A DNA stretch of 64,000 bases from an uncultured Gemmatimonadales bacterium (GTDB lineage Bacteria > Gemmatimonadota > Gemmatimonadetes > Gemmatimonadales > GWC2-71-9): the NCBI GenBank assembly GCA_963730185.1, contig CAVSQW010000015.1:96001-160000 (forward strand), written 5' to 3'. Positions 21,114-34,891 of the stretch are shown one piece after another. Within the stretch, counting starts at the first letter, position 1. Each line of letters starts with the position of its first letter. The notes beneath the pieces are model-generated. The model saw only the letters and a list, made by a program, of their open reading frames with translations, searched no databases and was not told where the DNA came from. A program made the position numbers and the translations under genes.

Positions 21114-22832
21114 CTACAGCTCGAGGGCCTCGAGCCGCTTGAGGCTCAGATGGAGGGGGTAGAGCGTCGCCGCGGCCGTCAGGAGGAACACCTCGAGGAC
21201 GGAAATCCAGAGCTGGCGCGAGAAAGGATCGGTCTCGAGTCCCATCTGGTAGGTGGCGAGGTGGGCGGAGACCGGCCGGGCCTCGATCGCCACGATCGCG
21301 GCCAGGAGGCCGATCGCGGCCATCATGAACACCAGGCCGCCGAAGCTGGTCGGGATCTGGGCCGCGTTCTCGGTGTCGAATTGCGGATAGAGCACGCCCA
21401 GGCTCAGCGCCAGCGCGCCCGCCGCCATGGTGTACGCGGCGATGGTGATCACGCTCAGGAACATCATGAAGGGCGAGGCGCGGAGGATCCCGTTGGTGAC
21501 CACGGTGATGCTCAGCGCCACCACGAGGAGCGGCGCCGTCCCCACCCAGTACTTGCTCCAGAGCATCTGCTTCAAGTCGAGCGGGCTCGACTTGAGGAGC
21601 CAGAGCTGACGCCCCTCGAGCGAGACCGACGGGAAGATGAACCGGGCCGCGATCGCGGCGAGCACGAAGCCGCCCAGCCCCTGATTGAGGAACACCACCA
21701 GGGTGATCAGCATGTAGGGCACCCGCTCGCCGGTGTAGAGCGGGAGCGCCTGGATGTTGAAGACGTAGACCACCAGCAGGACCGCCAGCAGGATCAGCTG
21801 GCTCCACTGGGTGGTGTCGCGGAAGAAGACCCGGAGGTCCTTGAGGATGAACTCCCGCCGGGTGACCGGCAGGAAAGCGAGCAGCTTGGAGGCGGCGGTC
21901 TGCCAGCCCGTGCCGGCGACGAACTTGTCGGCGCCTTCCTGCGCCTTGGAGAACCCGCCTGGATAGAGCCGGCTGTGGAGCGACGCGCCCATCACGATGA
22001 AGGCCGCCACGGTGGTCCAGAGCAGGACCAGCGGCAGCGGATCGGCCACCCGCTCGAGCCAGTTCATGATGGCGTTGGCGGCCCACTCGCTCGGCAGGAG
22101 CGGATGGGTGGGTGTCTTGAGGTCGGCCACGAAGTCCACCAGGCTTCGGAAGCCCTCGGGACGCGACAACCGCTCCGGGCGGAGAAACCGGAGGAAGAGC
22201 ACCACGCCGCCCACCGTCCCGATGGCGACCAGGCTCAGGAGGTCGCGAGTCCGGCGGGCTGGAAAGACGTTGACCAGCACCAGCGTGATGGCCGAGCCCA
22301 CCACCGTGGGGAGGAGGAAGAGCGGCACCAGGGCGCCGATCGCGGCCAGCGGAAAGAGGGGGCCGCCGTGATACACCACGGCGTACGCGGTGAGGATCGG
22401 GACCAGCATCAGCGCCACCATCCACGACGAGTGGATCGCGGTCTCCCAGAGCTTGGCCAGGTACAGGCGAGCCCAGTCGACCGGCGCCGAGGCCAGCATG
22501 TCGAGGTCCTTCGCGAGGAAGAACACCGAGAGGGCCGTGACCAGGTTCGAGAGCAGCAGGATCGACCCGAAGGCCAGCAGGATCATGCTGAGGATCTTGC
22601 CGGCCAGCAGCGCGCCGATGTCAGGCGTGGTGCCGAGGTACTTGAGCACCCGGTAGAAGACCCCGAAGGCGCCGAGCCAGAAGCCGCCCCCGATCAGCAC
22701 CAGGAGGAGGACGCGGGTGCCCGTGCCGGAGCGCTCCCGGGTGAGCCGGGCCACGACGCTCCGCCACTTGGGGAAGAGGATCTGGCGGATCCCCGCGCCC
22801 CGGACCGCCCGCTCAGCTTCCGAGAACGGCAT
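21114..22832 (-). CDS. ABC transporter permease (multi-TM, ABC-2-like)
   Basis: Many TM helices, FFLAKDLDMLASAPV, KDLRVFFRD, FPSVSLEG..WLLKSSP; coupled to ABC ATPase; start ATG 22832. Confidence 0.85.
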   Translation of the reverse strand: MPFSEAERAVRGAGIRQILFPKWRSVVARLTRERSGTGTRVLLLVLIGGGFWLGAFGVFYRVLKYLGTTPDIGALLAGKILSMILLAFGSILLLSNLVTALSVFFLAKDLDMLASAPVDWARLYLAKLWETAIHSSWMVALMLVPILTAYAVVYHGGPLFPLAAIGALVPLFLLPTVVGSAITLVLVNVFPARRTRDLLSLVAIGTVGGVVLFLRFLRPERLSRPEGFRSLVDFVADLKTPTHPLLPSEWAANAIMNWLERVADPLPLVLLWTTVAAFIVMGASLHSRLYPGGFSKAQEGADKFVAGTGWQTAASKLLAFLPVTRREFILKDLRVFFRDTTQWSQLILLAVLLVVYVFNIQALPLYTGERVPYMLITLVVFLNQGLGGFVLAAIAARFIFPSVSLEGRQLWLLKSSPLDLKQMLWSKYWVGTAPLLVVALSITVVTNGILRASPFMMFLSVITIAAYTMAAGALALSLGVLYPQFDTENAAQIPTSFGGLVFMMAAIGLLAAIVAIEARPVSAHLATYQMGLETDPFSRQLWISVLEVFLLTAAATLYPLHLSLKRLEALEL

Positions 22833-23571
22833 CGAGCTCCCGCTCGTTGAGGCCGCCGGTGAGCTTGAGGAAGAGCTCCTCGAGGCTGGCGTCGCCCGAT
22901 TCGGTCTGGACTCGGATCTCGGCCATCGTCCCGGCCGCCACGACCTGGCCACCGAACACGATCCCGATCCGGTCGCACATCACCTCGGCCACCTCCAGGG
23001 TGTGAGTGCTCATCAGGACCGTGCCGCCCCGGTCCACGAAGTGGCGGAACAGCTCCTTCAGCAGTCGCGAGCTCTTCGGGTCGAGCCCCACCATCGGCTC
23101 GTCGACCACGATCACTTCGGGACGGTGCACCAGTGCGCTCGAGATGATCAGCTTCTGTCGCATGCCGTGACTGTACGACTCGGTCAACTCGTTCTTCCAG
23201 GGCGTGAGCTCGAAGAGCTCGAGCAGCTCGTCGATCCGCTTCTCGACGTCGGCCCCGCCCTGATCGTAGAGGCCCGCGACGAAACGCAGGAACTCGGCCC
23301 CGGTGAGCTTGTCGTAGACGAACGGCCGGTCCGGAATGAAGCCGAGCCGCGCCTTGGCCTGCATTGGCTGGCGGACCACGTCGAAGCCGGCCACCGTCAC
23401 CCGCCCGGAGGTGGGCCGGAGGATCCCGGCGATCATCCGCATGGTGGTGGTCTTGCCGGCCCCGTTCGGCCCGAGGAGGCCGTACAAGGTGCCCTTCGGG
23501 ATCTCGAGGGAGATGCCGTTCACGGCGGTGAACTTGCCGTAGCGCTTGGTGAGGTCTTCGAGGCTGATCAT
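22813..23571 (-). CDS. ABC transporter ATP-binding protein
   Basis: GPNGAGKTT, YSHGMRQK signature, VVDEP, STH. Confidence 0.95.
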   Translation of the reverse strand: MISLEDLTKRYGKFTAVNGISLEIPKGTLYGLLGPNGAGKTTTMRMIAGILRPTSGRVTVAGFDVVRQPMQAKARLGFIPDRPFVYDKLTGAEFLRFVAGLYDQGGADVEKRIDELLELFELTPWKNELTESYSHGMRQKLIISSALVHRPEVIVVDEPMVGLDPKSSRLLKELFRHFVDRGGTVLMSTHTLEVAEVMCDRIGIVFGGQVVAAGTMAEIRVQTESGDASLEELFLKLTGGLNERELDAVLGS

Positions 23572-25121
23572 GGCGACGTCACGGGTGAACCGGCCGCGAA
23601 GCGGGCCGAGCCGAGCAGGGGAACCAGGTCGATGGCGTGGCCCGTCCCGCCCACCTGCGCCCGGACCAGGCTGGTGGGCGCCGGGACCGTGCCGAAGGTG
23701 GGGTCGACCGCCACCCAGCCGTCGAGCCAGACCTCGGCCCAGGCGTGCCCGTAGGGACGGCCGCGAACGAACGCGAGACCGCTCACCGGGCGGGCGGTGA
23801 GATCGAGGGCCCGGGCCATGTCCACCAGCAGCCGGGCGTGACCCTCGGCGCCGGCTTCGGCTGCCGCGAGGACGTGGGCGGGCAGGGTCGGAGCGGTCGG
23901 ATCGGTCGTGATCCGGATCGACCGGGCGGTCCAGGCGGTGAGGCGGCGGACCATTTCCCTGGGGTCGCGGGTGCCGGCCACGATGGCCCGGGCCCGAGCG
24001 GCCACCGCGGCGTCCGTGGTGGGTGGCGGGTCGAGATACTCGCTGTGGTCCGGGCGTCCCTCGGCGGCGGGCGCCTCCGCCCGTTGACGGACCTCCAACC
24101 GGTTTCCGGAGGCTCGCTGCCGACCGCCGTCCAGCCAGGCCACCCGGGGGAGAAGGAACCGCTCCACGGACGCGCCGGTGACGTCGAGGCTCTCCGGGGC
24201 GGTGCCCGGACTGGGACGGAGCCCCGCCTCGAGCAGGTTCTCCATCCCGGGGACCGCGCGGAGCTTGCCCGGGCCACCGGCCTCGAGCACCCCCCGATAG
24301 TTGAGGGTCACCAGCTCGAAGGCCGAGCGCTGGAGTCGGACGCCGAGGGCGGCTTCGGTGCTTACCAGGCCACCAGAGCGGTCGACCCAGGTGACCGTCG
24401 GACTGCCGAGCGCGGTGTGCTCGATCCGGAAGGCTCGCACGGTATCGTAGGTCACCGGAACCCAGCGATGGCTTGGTCGCCGTTCCACCGCGCTGTCGGC
24501 CACTACGAAGGTGGACTCGGCCGTGGCCCGGAACTCGACCCGGTCGACCGTCCCGGTGTTCAGGTCGAAGACGTTCGCCTTGACCGACCGCCCGACCTCG
24601 AGGCGCTGGCTGAAGGCCAGGCGGTAGGGCAGGACTTCGGGCAGCACCACGTCACCGGGAAGCGGCAGGGACCATTCGACCGCGGTCGAGTCCCGGGCGT
24701 CGCGCTGATGGAGCCGGAAGATCGAATCGCCCTCGATCCTGCCGCCCAACTCCTCGTAGAGGCCGCCGCCGGTCACGGTCCGGAGGAAGCGGCGGAGGCG
24801 GAGGCTTCGGGAGAGCTCCACCGTGGTCCGGCGGGTAACTCTTCGAGTCGAGTCGGCTTCGGGAATGTCGAGCGCCATCACCTCGGCCAGGCGGAAGCCG
24901 ATCTCGGTGGTGTCGACGGTCAGGCTGGCGTAGCCGATCTGGGTGCCGCCCGCCTCGACCGCGTAGAAGTGCGCTTCGGGGCTGAGTCGGAGGGTGGCCT
25001 CGGCGATGATCTGCGACTCGTCCTTACCCAGCTCCCGGCGGGCCAGCCACGCAAGGGCGACCGCCCAGGCGAGCATCACCAGTCGGGCGCCGGTTCGGCG
25101 GTTCAGGGCTCCGACTCTCAC
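23568..25121 (-). CDS. Exported transglutaminase-like domain protein (catalytic Cys absent)
   Basis: N-terminal TM; C-terminal HAWAEVWLDGWVAVDPT; GTG start overlaps the TPR gene stop. Confidence 0.8.
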   Translation of the reverse strand: MRVGALNRRTGARLVMLAWAVALAWLARRELGKDESQIIAEATLRLSPEAHFYAVEAGGTQIGYASLTVDTTEIGFRLAEVMALDIPEADSTRRVTRRTTVELSRSLRLRRFLRTVTGGGLYEELGGRIEGDSIFRLHQRDARDSTAVEWSLPLPGDVVLPEVLPYRLAFSQRLEVGRSVKANVFDLNTGTVDRVEFRATAESTFVVADSAVERRPSHRWVPVTYDTVRAFRIEHTALGSPTVTWVDRSGGLVSTEAALGVRLQRSAFELVTLNYRGVLEAGGPGKLRAVPGMENLLEAGLRPSPGTAPESLDVTGASVERFLLPRVAWLDGGRQRASGNRLEVRQRAEAPAAEGRPDHSEYLDPPPTTDAAVAARARAIVAGTRDPREMVRRLTAWTARSIRITTDPTAPTLPAHVLAAAEAGAEGHARLLVDMARALDLTARPVSGLAFVRGRPYGHAWAEVWLDGWVAVDPTFGTVPAPTSLVRAQVGGTGHAIDLVPLLGSARFAAGSPVTSP

Positions 25122-25912
25122 GCGCTGCTGATCTCCCGCGCTCGTCGATGCATAGCCATCGCGTCGTCGCTCCGTCCCAACCGGTCGAAGAGGCGGCCCA
25201 TCAACGTCCAGGGCCGAGGATCCTTGGGGTGCCGGGCGGCCACCCCCTCGAGGATGGTCAGCGCCTCGTCGGTCGCCCCGGTCACGCTCAGGGCTTCGCC
25301 CAATGCAAGGCCCGCGTCCGGGTCGTCGGGTGCGAGCCTCACCGCTTGACGAAGGACCGGCACCGCGTCGTCGGGCACCCCCCGACGCAATCGGGTGGAT
25401 CCGAGATAACGGTATGCCAGCCAATAATTTGGGTCGCTCCTGGCCGCCGCCTGGAGATCCCGCTCGGCCTCCGCCGTACGCCCCTGCTGTGCATGGAATG
25501 CGCCACGGGCGGTGAGGAGATCGGCCCGGTTCGGGGTCCGGGCCAGGGCGGCCGTCAGGTGCTCGATCGCGGCCTCGAGTTCGCCGGTCCGGGCCAGCGC
25601 TTCGGCCAACAGGGCCCGGCTGGGGACGTCGTCGGGCCGCTGGTCCACGGCCTGCTCCAGCACCAGGATCGCCTCCAGCCGGCGCCCCCGTTCCAGCAGG
25701 GCTCTCGCGCTGGCGAGCGGCCGGTCGACCGGGGCGGTGCCGGAGGGAATCTCGGGACCCAGAAACGGCGCCGGCACGTCCCGGCCGAAGAGCCGGAGGG
25801 AGCTGATGGCGTCGGGAGTGGGGACGAGGACGTCGCCTTCGAGCCGAACGGGGTCGAAGCCCTGCAGGCTCGCCGGGTCGGGCTGGGCGCCGCGGGAGTG
25901 GGAGAGGCGCAT
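25118..25912 (-). CDS. Tetratricopeptide repeat protein
   Basis: About 5 consecutive TPR-like repeats (A..LG......G...EA...L..A....P); start uncertain. Confidence 0.85.
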   Translation of the reverse strand: MRLSHSRGAQPDPASLQGFDPVRLEGDVLVPTPDAISSLRLFGRDVPAPFLGPEIPSGTAPVDRPLASARALLERGRRLEAILVLEQAVDQRPDDVPSRALLAEALARTGELEAAIEHLTAALARTPNRADLLTARGAFHAQQGRTAEAERDLQAAARSDPNYWLAYRYLGSTRLRRGVPDDAVPVLRQAVRLAPDDPDAGLALGEALSVTGATDEALTILEGVAARHPKDPRPWTLMGRLFDRLGRSDDAMAMHRRAREISSA

Positions 25913-25979
25913 GGAGGGGAAGATAGCCTACCCCCTCCAACTTGAACCCCGTCGGATCTCGCCCTTACCTTCCGGGGCT

Positions 25980-28901
<2,922 letters not shown>

Positions 28902-28979
28902 CGTCCCGACCCCGGGGGGCCCGGCCCGAGACTTGCCCGGTCCTCGAACGGCATTGACCTCGACCAGCGAGCGAGCCCG

Positions 28980-30086
28980 ATGGGTGTGCTGACCTGGATT
29001 CTGATCGTGATCGGCCTCGGGGTGCTCTTCCTCGTGGGACAGGGCATCTACCTCTCGGCCGTGCTGTCCTGGGAGCAGGAAAAGACCAAGGGACTGGGGT
29101 ACTACGGTCTCTCGCCGGCCGAGCGGGAGCGCTTCAAGCGGACGTTGCGCCGCCATACCCGGTTGCTGAGTCCGATCCTCTCGATCCTCAGCCAGTCGAA
29201 CAAGCTCGATTTCAAGAAGATCAGCTTTCGCTATCGGGGCGTGGCCGGGCCGGGCGGGACCTGCAGCGAGGCTAGCTTTGCCCGGGCGGCGGAGTACCAG
29301 GCCCGTCCCGAAGACGTCTTCGTCGCGACCCAGATGAAGTGCGGGACCACCTGGATGCAGCACGTGGTCTTTCAGGTGTTGACCCGGGGCCAAGGCGACC
29401 TGGTGGGTGCCGGCCAGACCCTCTACTCGGTGTCGCCCTGGATCGAGGGACTCAAGAGCGTGTCGATGGAGGAGGCGCCGCTGATTGGGACCGAGCGCCC
29501 GTCCCGGATCATCAAGACCCATCTTCCCGCCCAGCTCTGTCCGGCCAGTCCGGCGGCGCGCTACCTCTACGTCGCCCGCCATCCGGTGTCGTGCCTCGCC
29601 AGCTGCGTCGACTTCGTGGCGACCAACGCCGGCGGGATGACGCCGGACCTGGCGGTGTTCGAGGAGTGGTTCACGTCGCCCGAGCTGATGTGGTGGGGCA
29701 CCTGGCCGGACCACGTGAAGGGCTGGTGGGAGCGGGGGACCCGCGACGCCAACGTGCTGTTCGTGTTCTTCGAGGACATGAAGCGCGACCTCGCCGCCAC
29801 GGTGCGTCAGGTCGCCGAGTTCCTCGGCGTGGCCCCACTCACCGAGGCCGAGCTGGCGCAGGTGGTGGAAAAGTGCAGCTTCAAGTACATGCAGCGGCAC
29901 CAGGACGCCTTCGAGATGACGCCGCCCCACGTCCTCCAGACCCGGGCCGAGCTGTTTGTCCGGGGTACCGCCGACCGCCACCTCGACGTGCCGGAGGAGG
30001 TCCGCATCCGGGTCCTGGCCTGGTGCCGCGAGATCACCCGGACCAGCGATGCCCCGCTGGCCCGGGTCTATCCCGAGCTGGGCTAG
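28980..30086 (+). CDS. Membrane-anchored PAPS-dependent sulfotransferase domain protein
   Basis: N-terminal TM; DVFVATQMKCGTTW 5'-PSB loop, IIKTHL, YVARHPVSCLAS 3'-PB, FEDMKRD. Confidence 0.88.
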   Translation: MGVLTWILIVIGLGVLFLVGQGIYLSAVLSWEQEKTKGLGYYGLSPAERERFKRTLRRHTRLLSPILSILSQSNKLDFKKISFRYRGVAGPGGTCSEASFARAAEYQARPEDVFVATQMKCGTTWMQHVVFQVLTRGQGDLVGAGQTLYSVSPWIEGLKSVSMEEAPLIGTERPSRIIKTHLPAQLCPASPAARYLYVARHPVSCLASCVDFVATNAGGMTPDLAVFEEWFTSPELMWWGTWPDHVKGWWERGTRDANVLFVFFEDMKRDLAATVRQVAEFLGVAPLTEAELAQVVEKCSFKYMQRHQDAFEMTPPHVLQTRAELFVRGTADRHLDVPEEVRIRVLAWCREITRTSDAPLARVYPELG

Positions 30087-32955
30087 CTCGTCGTGGCCAC
30101 CTTGGCCTTGGCCTGCCGGGCCTTGAGGTGCTTCTCCATGTCGATCCGCGGGACGCCGTGCTCGATCCAGTCCGCCGCGGGGAGCCCGCGGATGTAGTGG
30201 TCGAAATACTCCTCCATCCGGAGGGTGTAGTCCTTCATGTTCTTGGGCACCCGAAGGCCGTGGTTCTCGCCCACGTATTGGAGCAGGATCACGTTCTTCT
30301 CCAGCTCCCGCAGGGTGTTGAACCAGGTGATGCCCTGGTTGAAGTCCACCGCCCCGTCGTGCTCGTTGTGGAGGATCATCACGTTCGTCTGGACCTGATC
30401 CGAGTGGAACGCCGGCGAGTTCCGGATGTAGGCGTCGTAATTCTCCAGGAAGTTGCCCTTGAACCGGCCCTGGCTCGACTCGAAGATCGCCATGTCGGCC
30501 GTGCCGGTGTTCCAGTAGATCGACGAGTACATGCTCACCATGTCGGTGAGCGGCGCCCCGGCGATGATCCCCTTGAACATCGTCCCGGTCTGGGTCGCCA
30601 GGAAGGCCGACTGGTAGCCACCCCACGAATGCCCGTGGAGGCCGACCCGGTCCGGATCGACGATCCCCGTGGCGATCGCCGCCTTGACCGCCGGCACCAC
30701 GCACCACACCGCCGACATCCCGGGGTCATTGACCCGGTAGACGATGTCGGGCATCAGCACCGCGTAGCCGCGTGAGGTGAAGACGCTCGGGTTGAAGGCC
30801 CGGGTCTCGTTCGGCACCGCGTACTGGTGGAGCATCTGCGAGAGCTTCTCGTAGATGTAGACGATGGTCGGGTACCTCTTGCCCTCCTGATAGTTGGCCG
30901 GCAGGAAGAGGGCCCCCTGGAGGGTGTCGCCTTTGGCGCTGACATAGTCGACCAGCCGGGCCCCCGAGGACCAGGCGTAGTCCTTCTGCTCGGGATTGGC
31001 GTCGGTCAGCCGCCGGGCCGGCTTGAAGCTCCGGTCGGCCAGCCAGTAGTCGGGGAACTCGACGTTGGTCTGCCGGGTGTAGACCCAGGTGTCGGCGGTC
31101 TTGGCCCGGGTGAAGTCGTAGGCGGCGTCGTCCCACGCCAGGACCTGGACGCCGGCTTTGCCGGGCTGAATCCGACCCAGCCCCTCCTTCTTGGTGCGCT
31201 CGCCATAGAGGTTGAGGTAGAGCGGCTGCTTGAGGTCGATGCCCTTCTCGTCGGGATCGATCACCACCCGGGTGCGGTAGCGGATGCCGTCTTTCCGCCC
31301 GTTGACGGTGAGGTTGGTGACCGGGCCGCCGGCGGCCGATGCCACCCAGATGTCCCAGTTGTCGCGAAGCAGCACGTGGGCGTTGTCCGCCGCCCAGCCC
31401 AGGGCCGGGACGGGGGGCCGGTCTACGTTGTGGTCGTCCTCGACGTTCACGAAGGTGGTGGGAGCGCCCTGGGTGAGGTTGACCGAGCGTTTGGTCTGGA
31501 AATCGTAGACGTGGTACTGGCCGTCGTCGTAGAACAGGACCTTGGTCCCGTCCGGCGACGGGGTGGGGTTGTAGCGCGCCGCCTCGAGGATCAGCGCCTT
31601 CCCTCCCGTGGTGACGTCGACGGCGTACAGGTCCTGTCGCCGGCCGCCGTCGATCTCGTCGCGTCGCTCGTAGGCTCGCCGGTCGGTGCCGATGGCCCAG
31701 CGCCCCGGGGCGCGAGCTCCACGTCGCGGAGCTCGTCGGTGGCCAGCCGGAGATAGCGGTGATCGGCGAGACGATAGGCGCTGAGGTACGAGAACTGCTG
31801 GTCGCGCTTCTCCTGCACTTCCTGCTGCGACTGGAGCCGGTCGTCCGCCTTGCCGTGCCAGATCACGAGCGTGGGCAGGTCGTCGTCTTGGTCGCCGACC
31901 GGGGTCGACTGCATCGCCCCTGGGGTGCCGGCCACCGGCTTGACGTCGGGTCGGCCGTGCTTCGACTCCTTCTCGGTTCGCCGCTCCGAGATCCCGAAGA
32001 AGACCGTGGAGAAGTCGGCGGACCACTCGGGGGCCCGCTCGGGGCTCACCCGCATCCCCGCCGGGAATCCGTCGATGTCCGCCGGGTCGATCACCGTCCG
32101 GGCCGGGGCGGCGCTCCCGGCCGCCGTGAAGGCCACCACCGCGTAGGTGGTGTCGACCGAGCCGCTGTCGGCGTGGCCGCGGAGCACCGCCAGGGCGAGG
32201 CCGCTGTCGGCCCAGGCCAGCTTCCGATAGATGGCCTCGGCGCCGTCCAGCGTGCGGACCTGATCGGTAGCCAGGTTCCGCACCTGCACGCCGTTGCCGA
32301 CCAGGTCCTTCGCCGCCGTGGTCCAGGCCAGCTGGGTGCCGTCCTTGTCGATCGCCCACTCGCCGACCGAGCCGATGGTGGTGGTGACGCCGCTCCGGAG
32401 ATCGGCCAAGAGCAGGTCCGACTCGCTTGCTCCCTGGGCGGGATATCGTTCCAGCACCAGCCAGGCCGGGTGGTCACCCGCGAACCGGAAGCCCCGGACC
32501 TTCTCGAACTCCCGCTTGGTGCCGGTGGACAGGCTCAACAGGGTGACCGAGTTCTGGGCTGGCTTCTTCTCCTTTTCGAGCTTCTTGGCCGCCGCGGCCG
32601 TCGGATAGACGGTGAACGCGAGCCAGTGGCCGTCGCCCGAGATCAACACCGAAGGGTCCCGTCGGGCGCCGAACCCGCCGCCGGACGGCGGCTCGCCGAT
32701 CGGAAAACGTCGTTCGGTCGCCTCCGCCCCGGTCGACCGCACCACCAGCTCGGCATCGCCCTCGTTGGGTGCCAGGACGTAGGCGAACCAGGCTCCGTCG
32801 GCGGAGAGCGCCGGATCGCGGATGCTCTTCCAGAAGTCGAGGTTCGCCGGGTCGAGCGGTCGCTGGCCGGTCGGCGCTTGCGCGGTGGCGACGTTCAGTC
32901 CGGACAGGCCGATCAACAGGCCGGCCGCGACGAGCAGGGAGCGCGTCTTGGGCAT
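30083..32955 (-). CDS. Secreted S9 prolyl oligopeptidase family peptidase; one frameshift near 31710
   Basis: Signal peptide and beta-propeller in ORF 31591-32955; catalytic GHSWGG, DGAVD and ENHG in the other frame (ORF 30083-32359). Confidence 0.88.
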
Positions 32956-33151
32956 GCAGGTACCGTCCTCAGGGGGTGGGCCGGCCGCCGTGAGACGGCC
33001 GAAGGGTCGGCGACGATCGCTCCAATGTGGCCCCGAACGGCGGCGAGGCCCAGCCCGCTGGGGTGGGCCGGACCTCAGGACGGGCGCGGTGCCGCCGCGC
33101 CCGCCGTCGAGGAGGGGTCGAGCCGATACCCCAATCTAGTGTTCTCTGGGC

Positions 33152-33517
33152 TCATCGGGACGAGAGCACGAACTGGTTGCCGTCGGGATCCTTGAAGATG
33201 GCGGCCGTGCCCCAGTCGGCTTCCTTCGGCTCCTGCACGAACTCGACCCCGCGCGCGGCGAGCTCTCGATGGGTCGCCCGCACGTCGTCCGCCAGAAACG
33301 AGATCCCGGTGAACATGCCGATCCGGGCCTCGTGCCCGGGCGGAGTGAAGAGGACGACGCCGGTCTGGGCCTTGGGAATGCCCAGCTCGATCCAGCGCAT
33401 CCGGTTGTCGAACGGCTGGTCGGTGACGACCTTGAAGCCCAACTTCCCGGTGTAGAACGCGAGGGCGCGATCTTGATCAGTGACGGGAATGCTGGCGAAC
33501 TTGAGGGCCTTGATCAT
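33152..33517 (-). CDS. VOC/glyoxalase family protein
   Basis: ASIPVTDQDRALAFYTGKLGF, WGTAAIFKDPDGN; start ATG 33517. Confidence 0.92.
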   Translation of the reverse strand: MIKALKFASIPVTDQDRALAFYTGKLGFKVVTDQPFDNRMRWIELGIPKAQTGVVLFTPPGHEARIGMFTGISFLADDVRATHRELAARGVEFVQEPKEADWGTAAIFKDPDGNQFVLSSR

Positions 33518-33613
33518 GAGGACGGTTCCGGTTGTGGGTGGGACCTGGACCGCGAACGGCGCGGCGGTCCCCCAAGATTTGGCCGGCCGTCCCGCCGGAC
33601 AAGCCGGGCAGAC

Positions 33614-33650
33614 GCTGCCATGGCAGCCACTACTATGGCATTCCCTGCCA
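33614..33650. promoter_or_regulatory. Candidate operator between divergent VOC and HTH genes
   Basis: Perfect palindrome GCTGCCATGGCAGC (33614-33627) and TGGCA-N5-TGCCA (33636-33650). Confidence 0.5.
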
Positions 33651-33668
33651 ATCAGAGGACGACCCGCC

Positions 33669-33980
33669 ATGAGCCTCTCCCTCGACGCCCACGTCGTCGA
33701 CGTCCTGATGCCGGATCTGGTCGGTCACGACCGTCACGCGTCGGCGTTCGTGACCTATCTGTTCCTCTGGCGACGTACCCATGGGGCGGACCGGGACGAC
33801 CTCAGGATCAGTCTCGCCGACATCGCCGAGGGGACCGGGCTCTCGAAGCGGGCGGTGCAGGAAGCGCTCAACCGCCTGGTGCGGCGGCAGCTCGCGTCGG
33901 TGAGTCGGGAGAGCATCACCGCGGTGCCGGTCTATCGGGTCCTCCGGCCCTGGCGGTCGTGGGACCCTAGCAGAGAATGA
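33669..33980 (+). CDS. Winged helix-turn-helix protein
   Basis: SLADIAEGTGLSKRAVQEALNRL HTH; GAGG RBS; start ATG 33669. Confidence 0.85.
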   Translation: MSLSLDAHVVDVLMPDLVGHDRHASAFVTYLFLWRRTHGADRDDLRISLADIAEGTGLSKRAVQEALNRLVRRQLASVSRESITAVPVYRVLRPWRSWDPSRE

Positions 33981-34713
33981 TGCCGCCGTTGATGTCGATC
34001 GCCGCGCCGTTGATGTAGCCGGCCCGCTCCGACGCGATGAACGCCACCAGGTCCGCCACCTCGCCCGGCCGCCCGATCCGCCTCACCGGCACGACCGTGC
34101 GCTCGAGCTCGGCCAGCCGCTCGGGGCTCGCGGTCTCCCGGATCAAGCCGGTGTCGGTCAGGCCGGGGCAGACGCAGTTCACCGTGATCCCGAACGGTCC
34201 CAGCTCGCGCGCGGCGGCCCGGGTCAGCCCGAGCAGGCCATGCTTGGACGCGGTGTAGTGCGCGCCGCCCAGGGTGCTCACCGTCTTGCTGGCGGTCGAG
34301 CCGATGTTCACGATCCGCCCGTAGCCGGCGTCGCGCATGGCCGGGAGTGCCACCCGGAGCAGGAGAAAGGGCGCGGTGAGATTCACGTCGACCGCCCGCC
34401 GCCACTCGTCGATCCCGAGCTCGGGGAGCCGAGTCGGGCTCGCGAAGGCTGCGTTGTTGACCAGAATGTCGAGGCGGCCGTGGGCCTCGAGCACCGTCTC
34501 CACGACGTCGGCGGCCTCGTCCGGCCGGCTCACGTCGCCGGGGGCGGCCATAGCCCCGGCGCCGAGCTCGCCCGCGAGGGCCACGGCCCGCTCCCGCTCC
34601 CGGACGTTCACCGCCACCCGCGCCCCGCGCTCGAGCAGCACCTCGGCGATAGCCCGGCCGATTCCCCGGCGGGCCCCGGTCACCAGCGCCACTCGCCCGT
34701 CGAAGTCGGCCAT
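33967..34713 (-). CDS. Short-chain dehydrogenase/reductase (FabG-like)
   Basis: TGARRGIG, LVNNA, YTASK, VNCVCPG; start ATG 34713. Confidence 0.93.
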   Translation of the reverse strand: MADFDGRVALVTGARRGIGRAIAEVLLERGARVAVNVRERERAVALAGELGAGAMAAPGDVSRPDEAADVVETVLEAHGRLDILVNNAAFASPTRLPELGIDEWRRAVDVNLTAPFLLLRVALPAMRDAGYGRIVNIGSTASKTVSTLGGAHYTASKHGLLGLTRAAARELGPFGITVNCVCPGLTDTGLIRETASPERLAELERTVVPVRRIGRPGEVADLVAFIASERAGYINGAAIDINGGIILC

Positions 34714-34891
34714 GAGGGGCTCCACGTTTGGGGGTAGCTGGAATGTAGAGGGCCAGGCCACCGCCCGGAGGAGCCTGGCGGAGCTGAAGGAAGACGGGAG
34801 ACGGCTCGCCCGCCCGCCCGCCAATCGCCTCCCCGTGCCTGTCCGTCGGAGGCGCCGATCCCTAGATTTGTCTTCAGCCTGGAGGCTCCCC

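Noticed and set aside
25912..25939. TGGAGGGG..CCCCTCCA inverted repeat between the TPR gene and uvrA as an SOS box
   Set aside because: Matches no LexA box I know and has no second copy at recF; could be a simple hairpin
31690..31730. Programmed frameshifting or true pseudogenes in the S9 peptidase, ccoG (~46200) and CHAD (~55088, ~54625)
   Set aside because: Small indels mostly in G/C runs with otherwise intact proteins; sequencing error is simpler, though CHAD decay cannot be excluded
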